Source of the DNA: a virus
IMG/VR virus record: IMGVR_UViG_3300037510_000075
Length of the DNA stretch: 63,874 nt
Direction: 5' to 3' (one strand)
Shown piece by piece: positions 63,051-63,874 of this stretch. A program made the position numbers and the translations under genes. The notes below the pieces were generated by a model. It saw only the letters and a list, made by a program, of their open reading frames with translations. It did not search any database and was not told where the DNA came from. The stretch's first letter is position 1; each line of letters opens with the position of its first letter.

Positions 63051-63448
63051 GTTGTCCACTCCATTTCCTTGATGTTGAAAGATGCTATGGCTTTTAAACA
63101 ACCAGAGCAAGGCTTCGCTATACTAGGAGTCCCATCATTAAGAACCCTAGCCACACTGAGTCTGTATTTAGATAGGTCAGTTATATCTTTGTAACGGGCA
63201 CCAGCTTGAGAGGCTTCCCATCTAATAGCTTTGATGATAGCATCTAACTCTGCGTGTATGTGGATAGACTCTGAATTGCTACCGAACTTCTTCTGTAATG
63301 GGTGAGTCTTATAAGAGTTAAACCCTGTGTGTTGAACCCAGCTATTATCTAGAACACAAGCGAACCTACTAATATTATTCCTGCCTAATGGTTTAATAGG
63401 ATTAGTCTTAGCTAACTCTATAGCTCTTAGTAGATTAGTAGAATACAT
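63047..63448 (-). CDS. cytidine/deoxycytidylate deaminase-fold zinc protein (first gene after the early promoter)
   Basis: 133 aa with the CDA signature HAELDAI...KPCSGCLKAI. Confidence 0.65.
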   Translation of the reverse strand: MYSTNLLRAIELAKTNPIKPLGRNNISRFACVLDNSWVQHTGFNSYKTHPLQKKFGSNSESIHIHAELDAIIKAIRWEASQAGARYKDITDLSKYRLSVARVLNDGTPSIAKPCSGCLKAIASFNIKEMEWTT

Positions 63449-63475
63449 AGGGTTGGATATCCACTATTGGGTCTA

Positions 63476-63546
63476 CCCTCTATAGGGTATACTTTACCGG
63501 GCGCCAATAACAGTGATATTATAACAGATGAAATAAAGAATGTCAA
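63476..63546 (-). promoter_or_regulatory. copy B of the 71-bp inverted duplication: perfect sigma70 early promoter plus leader
   Basis: TTGACA (complement of 63546-63541, overlapping the pentapeptide gene stop), 17-nt spacer, TATAAT (complement of 63523-63518), with a TGT extended -10 element. The near-palindrome TACCCTCTATAGGGTA lies at about 63475-63490. The leader can form a CACTGTTATTGG/CCAATAGTG stem. Confidence 0.8.
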
Positions 63547-63874
63547 GACTTATTAATCTTTCTGATCTTTATCATCTTCTCTAGGTACTCTAAAATTGCT
63601 AGAGTTTTCTTAGCTTTATCTGTATTAGGGTACGTAGTTTCGATGTGCGTTCTATACTCTTTAAACGATAAATATCTACAACCTGCTCTAACCTTTAGAC
63701 CATCATAATCAAATCTGAATCCATCTGAACGAGTAGGCCCTACTATGTAGCAAGTGTTCCGCAGGTCAGCCCCACGCAGGTCAGCCTTACTCAGGTTAGC
63801 CCCACTCAGGTTAGCCCCACTCAGGTTAGCCCTACTCAGGTTAGCCCTACTCAGGTTAGCCCCACGCAGGTCAG
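63543..63874 (-). CDS. pentapeptide-repeat protein, C-terminal part (continuation of the 225->1 gene)
   Basis: Reading the complement gives ...[109 protein letters not shown], with the stop at 63545-63543. Confidence 0.8.
   Translation of the reverse strand, partial: DLRGANLSRANLSRANLSGANLSGANLSKADLRGADLRNTCYIVGPTRSDGFRFDYDGLKVRAGCRYLSFKEYRTHIETTYPNTDKAKKTLAILEYLEKMIKIRKINKS
63810..63874. repeat. 65-nt terminal overlap identical to nt 1-65 (circular closure / assembly redundancy)
   Basis: The unit-by-unit comparison of the 15-bp repeats aligns in only one register. Removing the overlap restores the reading frame of the junction gene. Confidence 0.9.

Overview
The window appears to be a complete, circularly closed genome of a tailed dsDNA phage. 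The last 65 nt (63810-63874) are identical to nt 1-65, so the non-redundant length is about 63,809 bp. It is AT-rich by eye (no GC values were computed). No tape-measure or sheath gene is evident. Tubular-protein-like, internal-virion and giant ejection-type proteins are present, so it is probably short-tailed.

Layout:
- The plus strand, 4.9-36.3 kb, carries the late block: HNH, TerS, TerL (with an intein), fibres and tailspike, endolysin, portal, scaffold, capsid, tail, internal virion proteins and holin-like genes.
- The minus strand, 63.45 down to 36.35 kb, carries early genes, an 11-gene amidoligase/GATase/ATP-grasp operon, a T7-like replication module and a nucleotide-metabolism module (NrdJ with an intein, ThyX, MazG and others).
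- Minus-strand transcription continues across the junction through two pentapeptide-repeat paralogues, three tRNAs, small membrane ORFs and a compositionally foreign GC- and CTAG-rich island (about 1.66-4.16 kb).
- No phage RNA polymerase is recognisable. Instead there are five essentially perfect sigma70 promoters with extended -10 elements. One lies inside a coding region. One is part of a 71-bp inverted duplication and points antisense into the DNA polymerase gene.

Most interesting candidates:
- the uncharacterised amidoligase operon and its structured leader;
- the GC island, with about 1.7 kb of ORF-free structured sequence next to the tRNA cluster;
- the inverted promoter/leader duplication;
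- an aberrant class-II-like tRNA with a UAU anticodon;
- two mechanistically atypical inteins;
- a high-GC tail-fibre cassette.

All functional calls come from reading motifs by eye. No database search was possible. The host is unknown.
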